This document shows positions 9,434 through 18,781 of a stretch of DNA of 59,578 bases, piece after piece. The stretch comes from Fidelibacterota bacterium (lineage in GTDB: Bacteria; Fidelibacterota; Fidelibacteria; Fidelibacterales; Fidelibacteraceae): positions 1 through 59,578 of the forward strand of contig JAWOEU010000035.1 of assembly GCA_046482575.1 (NCBI GenBank). The letters run 5' to 3'. The notes beneath the pieces are model-generated. The model saw nothing but the letters and a program-made list of their open reading frames with translations, was not told where the DNA came from and made no database searches. Numbering within the stretch: the stretch's first letter is position 1; each line of letters starts with the position of its first letter. A program made the position numbers and the translations under genes.

Positions 9434-9464
9434 AACGCACATTATTAAATGTGCGTTTTTTTTA
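9434..9464 (+). terminator. Rho-independent terminator
   Basis: aacgcacat / atgtgcgtt stem with an AT loop, followed by T8. Confidence 0.7.
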
Positions 9465-9499
9465 TTAAAATAAATTTACAATAACGGAGGTTATTCAAT

Positions 9500-10213
9500 A
9501 TGCAGAAAGTACTTCAACAGCTGATAGAGCTTCAGGAACTTGATACGCGACTGGATATACTGGTCGCAAAACTGGGAGATCTTCCCGAGACGGTCAAAAC
9601 CCTTGAAAAACAGATCGTCAATGAAGAAGAACAAAATAAGATACGCGAGACCAGTATCGAGGAGAATGAAGCGTTAGAACGGCGAAACTCAGCAAAAGTT
9701 GAAGACTTGAAAGCCAAGATCGCAAAATACAAGGAACAATTATTCCTGGTTACGACTAACCGTGAATACGACGCCTTAACTGCAGAGATCGAGTACAACG
9801 AAGAGGCAATAAAGGAAGCTGAAGATCAGATCCTCCAGGCGGAAGAAGAAAACGAGCATCTCAAAGAGGCGTATGAAAATACGAAAAAAAATGTTGCGGA
9901 GATGAAAACGAAGCTGGAAAAAACAAAGAATTCTCTGGAAATAACACAAAAAGAAACTGAAAAAGAAAAAGCCGAACTCGAGGAAAAGCGCAAGGTTCTG
10001 ACATCCAAAATACCGCGCAATTATTTATCGGTATATAAACGGGTTCGTCATGCGCGTAACGGTCTGGCGGTTGTACCGCTATTGCGTGATGCATGCAGCG
10101 GATGTCACAACCGGGTAATTCCACAAAAGCGCGTTGATATTTATAAAAAGAATCAAGTAGTAACCTGCGATTTTTGCGGCCGTTTCCTCTACGCACTGGA
10201 TGAAGAAGAATAG
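9500..10213 (+). CDS. Coiled-coil zinc-ribbon protein (COG1579/DUF164-like)
   Basis: Long E/K-rich coiled coil plus a C-terminal CSGC-x20-CDFC ribbon. AGG-rich RBS (aacggagg) upstream. Confidence 0.85.
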   Translation: MQKVLQQLIELQELDTRLDILVAKLGDLPETVKTLEKQIVNEEEQNKIRETSIEENEALERRNSAKVEDLKAKIAKYKEQLFLVTTNREYDALTAEIEYNEEAIKEAEDQILQAEEENEHLKEAYENTKKNVAEMKTKLEKTKNSLEITQKETEKEKAELEEKRKVLTSKIPRNYLSVYKRVRHARNGLAVVPLLRDACSGCHNRVIPQKRVDIYKKNQVVTCDFCGRFLYALDEEE

Positions 10214-10222
10214 AAATAGCTT

Positions 10223-10605
10223 AAAGCCGGCGGGATGACCGCGTCCCGATATCCATCGGGATGAGGAAAGTCCGAACTCCGCAGAGCATGACGCCTTGTA
10301 ACACAAGGAGTCCGTGAGGACTGGAAAGCGCAACAGAGAGCAGACGTCCCGGCTTGCTCCGTTCATGGACGGACAGGCAGGGTCAAGGTGAAACGGTGAG
10401 GTAAGAGCTCACCAGTTCCGGCGGCAACGCCGGAAGCTAGGCAAGCCCCGTCAGGAGCAACACAAATATGAAGGTCCGGTCTTGCTCGGACCTATGCCTT
10501 CATGGTAGTGGCTTGACCGGGTCGGGCACGATCCGGCAAGATAAATGGTCATCGGTTTTCCGCCGTCCGGCGGAAAATGACAGAATTCGGCTTATCACCG
10601 GCTTT
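10223..10605 (+). ncRNA. rnpB: RNase P RNA, bacterial type A
   Basis: Universally conserved blocks are present: GAGGAAAGTCCGAAC (P4 5' strand), GGTGAAACGGTGAGGTAAGAGCTCACCAG, AGATAAATGGTCA and ACAGAATTCGGCTTATC (P4 3' strand). P1 pairs AAAGCCGG with CCGGCTTT. The ends are accurate to a few nt. Confidence 0.9.
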
Positions 10606-10624
10606 GAGCTTTTTGAACTACAGA

Positions 10625-12337
10625 ATGAGAGAACAAATTATGAAATGGGTTTATCCCGAAATCAGCGGGGACGATGTTCTCGAGTACAGTAAACAATTCC
10701 GCCTGTCGTATCTGTTTACAAAAGTTATCCTTAACAGAGGCATTCGTTCAAAAGAAGCAATGCAGCGCTACATCGATAAAAGCGCGTATTCCCTTTATGA
10801 TCCCTTTTCCATGCTGGATATGGACAAAGCCACCGGTATATTGGGAGCGGCGCTGGAGAATAAGAAAAAGATCATGATCTACGGCGATTATGATGTGGAT
10901 GGCGTTACCTCTGCTTCAATTCTCTATCTTTTTCTGCGCACACTGACGGATACGGTGTATTATTATATACCCGAGCGGGAAAAAGAGGGATACGGACTTT
11001 CGTGTGAAGGTATAGATTATGCCATTGAGCGCGATATCGATCTGATCATCACCTGTGACTGCGGGATCACGGCGGAGGAGGAAGTTGCATATGCACGTGG
11101 GAAAGGCATTGAACTGATAATCACCGATCACCATGAACAAGCCGGCACGCTGCCTCCGGCTTCCGCGATATTAAATCCCAAACGTCACGAGGACCGCTAT
11201 CCGTTCCGTGACCTTTGCGGAGCGGGCGTGGTTTTTAAACTTGTCGAAGCCTATTGTATCAAGCATTACGGTTCCGGGGAAACAGCCAGACAATATCTGG
11301 ACCTTGTTGCCATCGGCACCGCAGCGGATATCGTTCCGCTTAAGGATGAAAACCGCTGTATGGTGCGGGAAGGTCTTGAACGCATCAGGAACAGGGAATG
11401 CCGGTTGGGAATCCTTGAACTTTTTAATGTTTGTAAAATGGACACCGCGAAGATCTCCGTTGTTAATATTGTTTTTGGACTTGCACCCCGCCTGAATGCA
11501 GTGGGAAGGATGGGCAGTGCATCAAGAGCGATCATTCTTCTGACGGCGGATGACCGCCGTATAGCACGGCAGTACAGCATTATTCTGAACCAGGAAAATG
11601 AAGAGCGGCAGAAAGTGGAACGTTGTGTTACGGCAGAGGCTGTAAAACAGGTGTATACGAAATATGGAGAAAATATTCCAAAAGCTCTTGTCCTTTCGGG
11701 AAACTGGCATCCCGGTGTGATCGGTATCGTTTCTTCAAAGATCAAGGATAAATTCAACCGCCCGGTATTTCTGATAGCAACCAAGGATGGCGAGGGAAAA
11801 GGAAGCGGAAGAAGTATAAATGACGTCGATCTCTATGCCGCCCTCACTCACTGTAATAAATATCTAAGCGGCTACGGAGGACACCAGATGGCGGCGGGAC
11901 TTACTATAGATGAAAAAAATATACCGGCTTTTGAAAAGCAATTTCTGGAGTATGCGGAAGAACATATCCTTCCCGATATGCTTAAACCGGTCATTTATAT
12001 CGACGCTGATCTCGAGTTGGCGGAGATTAACACCCGCCTCATGGATTTTCTGCATGATATGGAACCGTTCGGTCCCGGAAACATGCGTCCGAAATTCAGT
12101 TTGCGCAATGTCCGTGCAAGGAATTCTGTTCTGTTGAAGGATAAACATCTGAAATTCAATATCAGGGAAGGCGGTCATTCACTGCAATGTATCGGCTGGA
12201 ATATGCTGAATCAGTTTGAACTTGTTATGGACACTTCTCAACGGGTCGATATTGCTTTTGTACCTACCGTTAATGAGTGGAACGGTATAAAACGCATCCA
12301 GCTGGTGATCAAGGATATTCGACCCCATATCGTATAA
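10625..12337 (+). CDS. recJ: Single-stranded-DNA-specific exonuclease RecJ
   Basis: DHH motifs (DYDVDGVTS, ITCDCG, ITDHH) and DHHA1 GGHQMAAG. The track start at 10577 lies inside rnpB. ATG 10625 and ATG 10640 are the plausible starts. Confidence 0.92.
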   Translation: MREQIMKWVYPEISGDDVLEYSKQFRLSYLFTKVILNRGIRSKEAMQRYIDKSAYSLYDPFSMLDMDKATGILGAALENKKKIMIYGDYDVDGVTSASILYLFLRTLTDTVYYYIPEREKEGYGLSCEGIDYAIERDIDLIITCDCGITAEEEVAYARGKGIELIITDHHEQAGTLPPASAILNPKRHEDRYPFRDLCGAGVVFKLVEAYCIKHYGSGETARQYLDLVAIGTAADIVPLKDENRCMVREGLERIRNRECRLGILELFNVCKMDTAKISVVNIVFGLAPRLNAVGRMGSASRAIILLTADDRRIARQYSIILNQENEERQKVERCVTAEAVKQVYTKYGENIPKALVLSGNWHPGVIGIVSSKIKDKFNRPVFLIATKDGEGKGSGRSINDVDLYAALTHCNKYLSGYGGHQMAAGLTIDEKNIPAFEKQFLEYAEEHILPDMLKPVIYIDADLELAEINTRLMDFLHDMEPFGPGNMRPKFSLRNVRARNSVLLKDKHLKFNIREGGHSLQCIGWNMLNQFELVMDTSQRVDIAFVPTVNEWNGIKRIQLVIKDIRPHIV

Positions 12338-12379
12338 GTTTTCATTGTTTACATCATTAATCTGTTTTATTTTCTTATT

Positions 12380-14767
12380 ATGAGCTTGCGAGGTGCAAAG
12401 ATGGCAGGAAAAAAGAAAAAAGAGGAAACCGGCCCGAAAATTTCAATATGGGTGATCCTGATCCTTGTATTTTTAGTCCTCTTTTCCGCCGTTATGGCAC
12501 CCAAAAAACAGACCTATCAATATAACTATGAAGTAGGCGACATCACACGGATGGATATTATCGCCCCTTATGATTTTGATATTCTGAAATCCAAAGAAGT
12601 TATACAAAAAGAACAGGAAGAAGCGATAAAAAAAGTCCCCTATGTTTTTGTTCTTGATGAGGAAGTGGTCAGCGAGCGGATCGAAAGAACGGAACTTTTC
12701 TTCCAAATGGCAAAGACCCTGAACAATCGCTATCAAAAGTATCAGCAGTCACGCAGAGTCCGGGAAATGCAGCGGTACAGCAGTGATGACTTTAAGGCCC
12801 TTAACGAAACCGTTCGTACTGACAGTAATGCATATCTGGCGGTGGTGAATGCTTTTAAGGAGCAATACGATATACACGTTGAAGAATCGCCATTTACAGA
12901 GCTTCATAAACCCGCCCATGAGCAAAAACTGGATTTTGATAAACTGCGTTCACAGTTTATAACGCATATGACATCATTGTTTGAAAGCGGGATTACGGAC
13001 ATTCCTCTCGACCTTATCCGTTCTACCCAGATATCGATCAGCTTCCAGGGAGTTGAAACTCCGGCCTCGGTAAAAAATATTTATGACCTTGTATCGGCCA
13101 CAGAGCAGCTGACGGAAAATCTATCCAAAAATTATGATATTCATTCGCAGAAAAATCTCATTTCACGTATTTCTCATTTAATGCTGAAACCGAATCTTAT
13201 TTATGATAAGGAACGCACTGTGGCACGGCAGAAAGAGGCAATAAGCCGGATTCCGCTTGTGGCCGGAAAAGTCTTCAAAGATGAAAAAATAGTGGGGGCG
13301 AACACACTGATCACGCCCGAGATCTATCAGAAGATCTACTCCCTGAATCAGGCGGAAGAACAACGCAGCTCGAGCATGCAGGGCCTGAACACGGTTTTTA
13401 AAATAACGGGGGATATTCTGGTCATGAGCATATTATTCATGATCTTTGTGCTTTTTCTTCTGCTCTATAACCGGTCGCTTTTTACCGAAGTGAACAAATT
13501 TCTGCTTTTGATCATATGTATGGCGCTGAGTCTTGGACTCGGATCGGTAGTGGCGGTACTGGCTCCCGCGCAGATGGCGCTGGTGCCGATCACAATAACC
13601 GCAATGCTGTTGATGGTGTTTTTTGATGAGCGAATTGCACTCCTCGGTTCTGCAATTGTTCTTCTTGTGCTTACCTATATTATGGGAGGAGCCTTCCGTT
13701 TTATTCTGATCCATGCCTTTCCGGTCATGATGGCGATTATTTCCCTGAGAATACGCAGAGCCCGGGAAAATGTCCTGCGCCCGCTTCTGTTTGTGCTGGT
13801 CGGTTATTGGGCCTCTGTAACAGCCGTCGGCATTTCTTCCCTTGATTCCGTTTCGACCATTCTGAACACACTGGCTATTGCATCGGGCAACGCAATTGTA
13901 TCCGTATTGGTTACCAACGGCCTGATGATGGTTATCGAACGTGTTTTTGGGGTAACAACAACCTTATCATTGCTTGAACTCTCCGATATGAACCGGCCGT
14001 TGCTGAAACGCCTTTCTCTCGAGGCTCCGGGAACATTCAATCATTCCATTGTTGTCGGTAATCTTCTTGAAACGGCTGCGAAACAGATAGGTGCTGACAG
14101 CCTTCAGGCCCGCGTGGGAGCATATTATCATGATATCGGGAAACTATCAAAAACCGAATACTATGTGGAAAATCAAGCCGATATTGAAAATAAACTCGAC
14201 CAGTTAAAGCCGCACATGGCTGCAAAAGTTGTGATCAGTCATGTACGAAACGGACTTGAACTTGCCAAAAAAGAAAAACTTCCGGATATTATTAAAGATT
14301 TCATTGCTACGCATCACGGCACAATGACGGTGGATTATTTCTATCAAAAGGCAAAAGAAGAATCCGGTGATAAAACAATAAATGAAAGCGATTTTAGTTA
14401 TCCCGGTCCAAAACCGCGGACGAAGGAAACCGGCTTGCTGATGATCGTTGAAGCGGTGGAAGCTGCCGTACGTTCACTCAACAAACCGAATGCAAAAAAA
14501 ATTGAAGCAAAGATCGATGATATTATCAACAAACGGCTGTATACCGGGCAGCTGGATGAATGTCCTCTGAACTTTGCGGATCTTACAAAAATAAAAAATG
14601 CCATTTATCCTATGCTTGTCGGCCTGTATCATGAGCGTTTGCCTTATCCCGAAGATAAAGAGGAAAAGAAAGAAGAAAAGCAGGGCAAAACGGAAGGAAA
14701 AAATGAAGATGAGGAGAAAGAAAAGCAGGATAAAGATAATGATACGGCGGAAAAAGCAAAAAAATGA
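12380..14767 (+). CDS. 7TM-HD membrane phosphohydrolase (PgpH/YqfF-like, cyclic-di-AMP phosphodiesterase family)
   Basis: N-terminal extracytoplasmic region, a 7-helix block and an HD domain (HSIVVGNL...AYYHDIGK...ATHHG). There is a K/E-rich tail. An alternative start is ATG 12401. Confidence 0.88.
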   Translation: MSLRGAKMAGKKKKEETGPKISIWVILILVFLVLFSAVMAPKKQTYQYNYEVGDITRMDIIAPYDFDILKSKEVIQKEQEEAIKKVPYVFVLDEEVVSERIERTELFFQMAKTLNNRYQKYQQSRRVREMQRYSSDDFKALNETVRTDSNAYLAVVNAFKEQYDIHVEESPFTELHKPAHEQKLDFDKLRSQFITHMTSLFESGITDIPLDLIRSTQISISFQGVETPASVKNIYDLVSATEQLTENLSKNYDIHSQKNLISRISHLMLKPNLIYDKERTVARQKEAISRIPLVAGKVFKDEKIVGANTLITPEIYQKIYSLNQAEEQRSSSMQGLNTVFKITGDILVMSILFMIFVLFLLLYNRSLFTEVNKFLLLIICMALSLGLGSVVAVLAPAQMALVPITITAMLLMVFFDERIALLGSAIVLLVLTYIMGGAFRFILIHAFPVMMAIISLRIRRARENVLRPLLFVLVGYWASVTAVGISSLDSVSTILNTLAIASGNAIVSVLVTNGLMMVIERVFGVTTTLSLLELSDMNRPLLKRLSLEAPGTFNHSIVVGNLLETAAKQIGADSLQARVGAYYHDIGKLSKTEYYVENQADIENKLDQLKPHMAAKVVISHVRNGLELAKKEKLPDIIKDFIATHHGTMTVDYFYQKAKEESGDKTINESDFSYPGPKPRTKETGLLMIVEAVEAAVRSLNKPNAKKIEAKIDDIINKRLYTGQLDECPLNFADLTKIKNAIYPMLVGLYHERLPYPEDKEEKKEEKQGKTEGKNEDEEKEKQDKDNDTAEKAKK

Positions 14768-15192
14768 GCAGTTCGGTACGTTTTTTTAATGAAAGTCCTT
14801 TTGACCTTCCGATGAAAAATGATTCAGCCGCTGCCTTGTTGTTAAAAGTAATGCGATCACTGGGCAAAACGGAAGTAAAGGTAAATATTATAGCAAAGAG
14901 TGATGAAGAACTGCGGGAAATGAAAAAAACTTATTTTGGCAAAGATCTTTATACGGATGTGATCACCTTTACAATAGAAGATGAACCGGTTCTCGAAGGA
15001 GAGATATACTGCAGTCCGGAACGTATCATAAAAAATGCCGGACGCTTTTCAGAATCTCCGTCGCGGGAATTCGCCCGTGTTCTGATACATGGCGCGGCAC
15101 ATCTTTGCGGCTACAGGGATTACAGCGAGGAGGAACGCCGGGAAATGCGGCAGCTGGAAAACGAATTTTTAACGCAATTTTATGATGAATGA
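14764..15192 (+). CDS. ybeY: rRNA maturation endoribonuclease YbeY
   Basis: HGAAHLCGYRD metal motif, with Asp where E. coli has the third His. ATGA overlap with the upstream gene, and classic ybeY-corC synteny. Confidence 0.88.
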   Translation: MSSSVRFFNESPFDLPMKNDSAAALLLKVMRSLGKTEVKVNIIAKSDEELREMKKTYFGKDLYTDVITFTIEDEPVLEGEIYCSPERIIKNAGRFSESPSREFARVLIHGAAHLCGYRDYSEEERREMRQLENEFLTQFYDE

Positions 15193-16466
15193 ATATGTCT
15201 GTTTCCGTTAATATTTTCCTTTTTGTCATACTGCTGATCTTTTCCGGACTTTTTTCCGGGAGTGAAACGGCGCTTTTCGGTGCACGAAAGGAAAATCTCC
15301 GGAAACTAAAAAGCATATCTTCACGCCGGACGCTCAAACTGTTGAGCAGACCCCAGAAACTGCTTATCACCATTCTTGTTGGAAATACGCTTGTAAATAT
15401 TGCGCTGGCCACTATCGCATCGATCACTACCTACGAGTTGGCGCAAAAGTATGGATTTTCTCATATTCTGACCGCTTTTCTCGAGGTTGCCGTTGTAACC
15501 TTGATATTGCTTATATTCGGCGAGATCATCCCGAAAACCATTGCCCTGCACAATGCAAAACGCGTCAGTCTGGCAATGAGTGCTTTTATCGGTGTCTGTT
15601 ATACCGTTTTTTTTCCGCTGACCATCATTCTTTACTATCTGGGGAGATTACTTGAAAAATCCCTGAAGGTAAGGGAAGATAGAATTATCCACAGCGAGGA
15701 AGATATTAAAACCCTTGTGCAGATCGGTGAAGAACGCGGTGCGTTCGAGGAAAAAGAGATTGAAATGATCACCTCTCTGCTGGAGTCTTCCGATACCTGC
15801 GTGCGGGAGATCATGATACCGCGCCCGGATATGATCTCTGTGGATGCAGGCCGGCCGATCGGGGAAATATTTAATTTTGTCTGTAATCAGCGTTTTGCAC
15901 GTTTTCCCGTATATAAGAATGACCTGGATAATATCATCGGATTCATTTTTGAAAAGGATGTTCTTCCGTATCTGGACGGGGAGAAGAAAACAGATATTGA
16001 AAGTCTTTTACACCCCCCGCTTTTTATTCCCGAAAATTCAAGTATTTCTTATACGATCACACTTTTTCAGGAAAAAAAGACCAAGATCGCGATCGTGGTG
16101 GATGAGTACGGCGGGACCAGCGGAATGATAACGCTGGAAGATGCCATTGAGAAGATCGTCGGCGATATTCAGGATGAAAATGAAGTCTCAAGTTCTTCAA
16201 TCAAATGGCTGACAAGAAATGAATGTGCGGTAAATGCCAGCGTCAATCTGGATGAACTTGAGAACGTATTGAAGATCAGCTTTCCCGAAGAACGCGTTTA
16301 TGATACACTGGGGGGATTTGTTATGGACCGTCTTGGACGTATACCTGCGAAACATGATGCCTTCCGTTATAAAAATCATATTTTTATTGTGGATGAAATG
16401 GAAAATAAACGTGTACAGCGGATCCGTATAACACGCGTTCACCGGAAAGCACAGCCCAAAAAATGA
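15189..16466 (+). CDS. CNNM/CorC-HlyC family membrane protein (DUF21 + CBS pair + CorC_HlyC)
   Basis: 4-TM DUF21 N-terminus, CBS pair (IMIPR...), and a C-terminal transporter-associated domain. Confidence 0.9.
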   Translation: MNMSVSVNIFLFVILLIFSGLFSGSETALFGARKENLRKLKSISSRRTLKLLSRPQKLLITILVGNTLVNIALATIASITTYELAQKYGFSHILTAFLEVAVVTLILLIFGEIIPKTIALHNAKRVSLAMSAFIGVCYTVFFPLTIILYYLGRLLEKSLKVREDRIIHSEEDIKTLVQIGEERGAFEEKEIEMITSLLESSDTCVREIMIPRPDMISVDAGRPIGEIFNFVCNQRFARFPVYKNDLDNIIGFIFEKDVLPYLDGEKKTDIESLLHPPLFIPENSSISYTITLFQEKKTKIAIVVDEYGGTSGMITLEDAIEKIVGDIQDENEVSSSSIKWLTRNECAVNASVNLDELENVLKISFPEERVYDTLGGFVMDRLGRIPAKHDAFRYKNHIFIVDEMENKRVQRIRITRVHRKAQPKK

Positions 16467-17251
16467 AATTATTTGATGAACTGATCCGTATTGTACGCAT
16501 CTTGCGTTCTCCAGAAGGATGTCCATGGGACAGGGAACAAACGCGGGAATCTCTTACGCCCTATTTTATTGAAGAAGTCCATGAAGCAGTACAGGCGAAT
16601 GAAGAGAAAAATACGGAACAACTGAAATATGAACTTGGCGATGTGCTTTTGCACGTTGTTTTTCAGACCGTGATAGCAGAAGAAAATAATGAATTCGGTT
16701 TTGAGGATGTTCTTAAAGCCGTTTGTGATAAAATGATCCGACGCCATCCCCACGTTTTCAGTAAAGACCGCGAGTACAGCTTGGAGGAAGCCAATCGTAT
16801 CTGGGAACGGCAAAAGAGCAAAGAGCCGAAAGAAAACCTTCTCGACGGCGTGCCCGGGAGTTTACCGGAATTGCACCGTTCATTACGCCTGCAGCAAAAA
16901 GCCGCTGCCGCGGGCTTTGACTGGGACAATGTGGACCGGGTCTGGGATAAAGTGGAGGAAGAATTCGCAGAATTCAGACATGCGCTTGAACAAGGGAATA
17001 AAAAAGATATTGAAGATGAGTTTGGTGATATTCTTTTTGCACTTGTCAATCTCAGCCGCTTTTATGATCTGCATCCCGGGACGGCGCTAAAAATAAGCAA
17101 TGAAAAATTCTATCGCCGTTTTTCTGCAGTGGAAAACCATTACCGGAGTAAAGGGATCTCCATGCACGGCGCCACACTCGAGGAGCTGGATGCTGTCTGG
17201 GAAAAGGTTAAAGAAAAAGAGAATAAAGAAGACGGAGAAAAAGATTCCTGA
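16463..17251 (+). CDS. mazG: Nucleoside triphosphate pyrophosphohydrolase MazG
   Basis: LRSPEGCPWDREQT motif and two MazG-type EExxE helices. ATGA overlap with the upstream gene. Confidence 0.9.
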   Translation: MKLFDELIRIVRILRSPEGCPWDREQTRESLTPYFIEEVHEAVQANEEKNTEQLKYELGDVLLHVVFQTVIAEENNEFGFEDVLKAVCDKMIRRHPHVFSKDREYSLEEANRIWERQKSKEPKENLLDGVPGSLPELHRSLRLQQKAAAAGFDWDNVDRVWDKVEEEFAEFRHALEQGNKKDIEDEFGDILFALVNLSRFYDLHPGTALKISNEKFYRRFSAVENHYRSKGISMHGATLEELDAVWEKVKEKENKEDGEKDS

Positions 17252-17513
17252 TCTGTGAATTTGTCGATCCGGTTCAGCCATCAGCCCATGGGCTTTCATT
17301 TCCGATACATATACGTTGTGAAAATAAAAAATATCTGAAATTCCTTTTTTCTGAGCGCAGATGAAGGATCCATTCGGAAGTTGCGCGTATTTTCCGCACA
17401 GACAAGCATTTTGAACAGCATTGTGTCCCGATTTCTTACCTCTGAGCTATGTTCTCTTTCCATTCCGTACAAAACGAAAAAAAACCTTGAATTTCAATAG
17501 GAATATTGTAAAT

Positions 17514-17532
17514 TATAATTGGCATATGCCAA
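17514..17532. promoter_or_regulatory. TATAAT -10-like hexamer overlapped by the perfect 14-bp palindrome TTGGCATATGCCAA (candidate operator)
   Basis: TATAAT is at 17514-17519 and the palindrome at 17519-17532. AGGAG lies at 17536-17540 and the ATG at 17550. Confidence 0.4.
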
Positions 17533-17549
17533 AATAGGAGAAGATACAG

Positions 17550-17981
17550 ATGCCGAGACCATTTAAGGCACGACGGATTTACGGTGAATTTGCAGCGGAA
17601 TACTTCAAGCCCAGGGGGAAACAATTGGCCGCTCTGGAAGAGGTGCGCCTGGAAGCTGATGAAATAGAAGCACTCCGGCTGGCCGATCTTGAAGGAGAAT
17701 ATCAGAATGATGCAGCTTTGAAAATGGGCGTTTCACGGCAGACGTTCGGAAATATACTTAAACGGGCACATCAGAAAGTTGCAGATGCGCTGATCGGCGG
17801 GAAAGCCATTCGTTTGGAAACCGCAGTTTCCGGCGCTATGTGGTGCCGGCAATGCGGAAGAAGCTGGATGGATACAGAATTAACGCCCGGTTACCGCCAA
17901 TGTCCCGCTTGTTACGGTGAAACAAAACAAATGAATGTTTCAGCAGGACGCGGACGGAGAAGAAGCAGGGGACAGAAGTAA
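17550..17981 (+). CDS. DUF134/UPF0251 family HTH protein with a C-terminal CxxC...CxxC extension
   Basis: MPRPFKARRI...FKPRG N-terminus and HTH GVSRQTFGNILKRAHQKVA. An extra WCRQCG...CPACYG ribbon and a GRGRRRSRG tail are present. Confidence 0.85.
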   Translation: MPRPFKARRIYGEFAAEYFKPRGKQLAALEEVRLEADEIEALRLADLEGEYQNDAALKMGVSRQTFGNILKRAHQKVADALIGGKAIRLETAVSGAMWCRQCGRSWMDTELTPGYRQCPACYGETKQMNVSAGRGRRRSRGQK

Positions 17982-17998
17982 TAAAAAAGGAGGATATT

Positions 17999-18316
17999 AT
18001 GCCAAGAGGAGACAGAACAGGACCTGACGGATTAGGAGCAATGACCGGAAGGAGACTCGGATTTTGCAGCGGTTATGACAGTCCGGGTTTTACAAAATGC
18101 TCAGCCGGTTTCGGCAGAGGAATGGCTTACGGACGCGGAGGCGGTTATGGATATGGATACGGAAGAGGCTTCGGCCGGAGGGCAGAGCCCGTACCCTATC
18201 CTCCGGAAGCACGCGATGATAAGAACGATGAACTCCGGACCTTAAAGGATCAGGCGCGGCAGATGGAGGAGAATCTTAATGCCCTCAACGCCAGGATCGG
18301 CGAACTGGAGAAATAA
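17999..18316 (+). CDS. DUF5320 family protein
   Basis: MPRGDRTGPDGLGAMTGR N-terminus typical of DUF5320, a GRG/GYG-rich linker and a C-terminal coiled coil. Confidence 0.8.
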   Translation: MPRGDRTGPDGLGAMTGRRLGFCSGYDSPGFTKCSAGFGRGMAYGRGGGYGYGYGRGFGRRAEPVPYPPEARDDKNDELRTLKDQARQMEENLNALNARIGELEK

Positions 18317-18318
18317 CG

Positions 18319-18717
18319 ATGGTCTATGTTGATCCGGATCTGTGTACCGGTTGTGAAGCGTGTGTAAATGCATGTCCGGATGGCTTTGTCATGGAAAACG
18401 GCATTGCCATTATCAAAGATCCCGGTATTTCCTGTATCCGGGAAGCGCAGAAGATATGCCCCGTTTCGGCCATTAAGAACGCCGGGTTTGGAAAGGAAGT
18501 GTCAACGACATCACAGGATTCCGCGTCCCCTCCGGGAAATGATTTTGCCTCCCAAAGGCGTTCCGGAGGCGGTTTCCGCGGCAGGGGACCCGGAAAAAAG
18601 GGCGGTCCCGGCGGATATTGCGTATGCCCGCGCTGCGGGCATAAAGAGCCGCACCGGGCGGGCCGGCCCTGTTATCAGCAGCGCTGTCCGGAATGCAATG
18701 CCTTGATGACACGGTAG
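18319..18717 (+). CDS. [4Fe-4S] ferredoxin-like domain fused to a cysteine-rich zinc-ribbon
   Basis: CTGCEACVNACP plus a distal CPVSAI, an RG-rich linker, and a C-terminal CxCxxC-x11-C-x4-CxxC. Confidence 0.8.
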   Translation: MVYVDPDLCTGCEACVNACPDGFVMENGIAIIKDPGISCIREAQKICPVSAIKNAGFGKEVSTTSQDSASPPGNDFASQRRSGGGFRGRGPGKKGGPGGYCVCPRCGHKEPHRAGRPCYQQRCPECNALMTR

Positions 18718-18781
18718 GGTAAATATACAAAAGATCAGGATGTGGATCGCATCGATGCGGTGACAGGGAGAATATCTATTT

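Noticed and set aside
10577-10624. N-terminal 16 codons of the longest recJ ORF
   Set aside because: They overlap the 3' part of RNase P RNA (P4 3' strand and P1). Downstream ATGs at 10625 and 10640 give a normal RecJ N-terminus.
17519-17532. TTGGCATATGCCAA as a sigma-54 promoter (-24 TGGCA)
   Set aside because: There is no TTGC -12 element at the required 12-nt GG-to-GC offset. The perfect dyad symmetry and the overlap with a TATAAT box fit an operator better.
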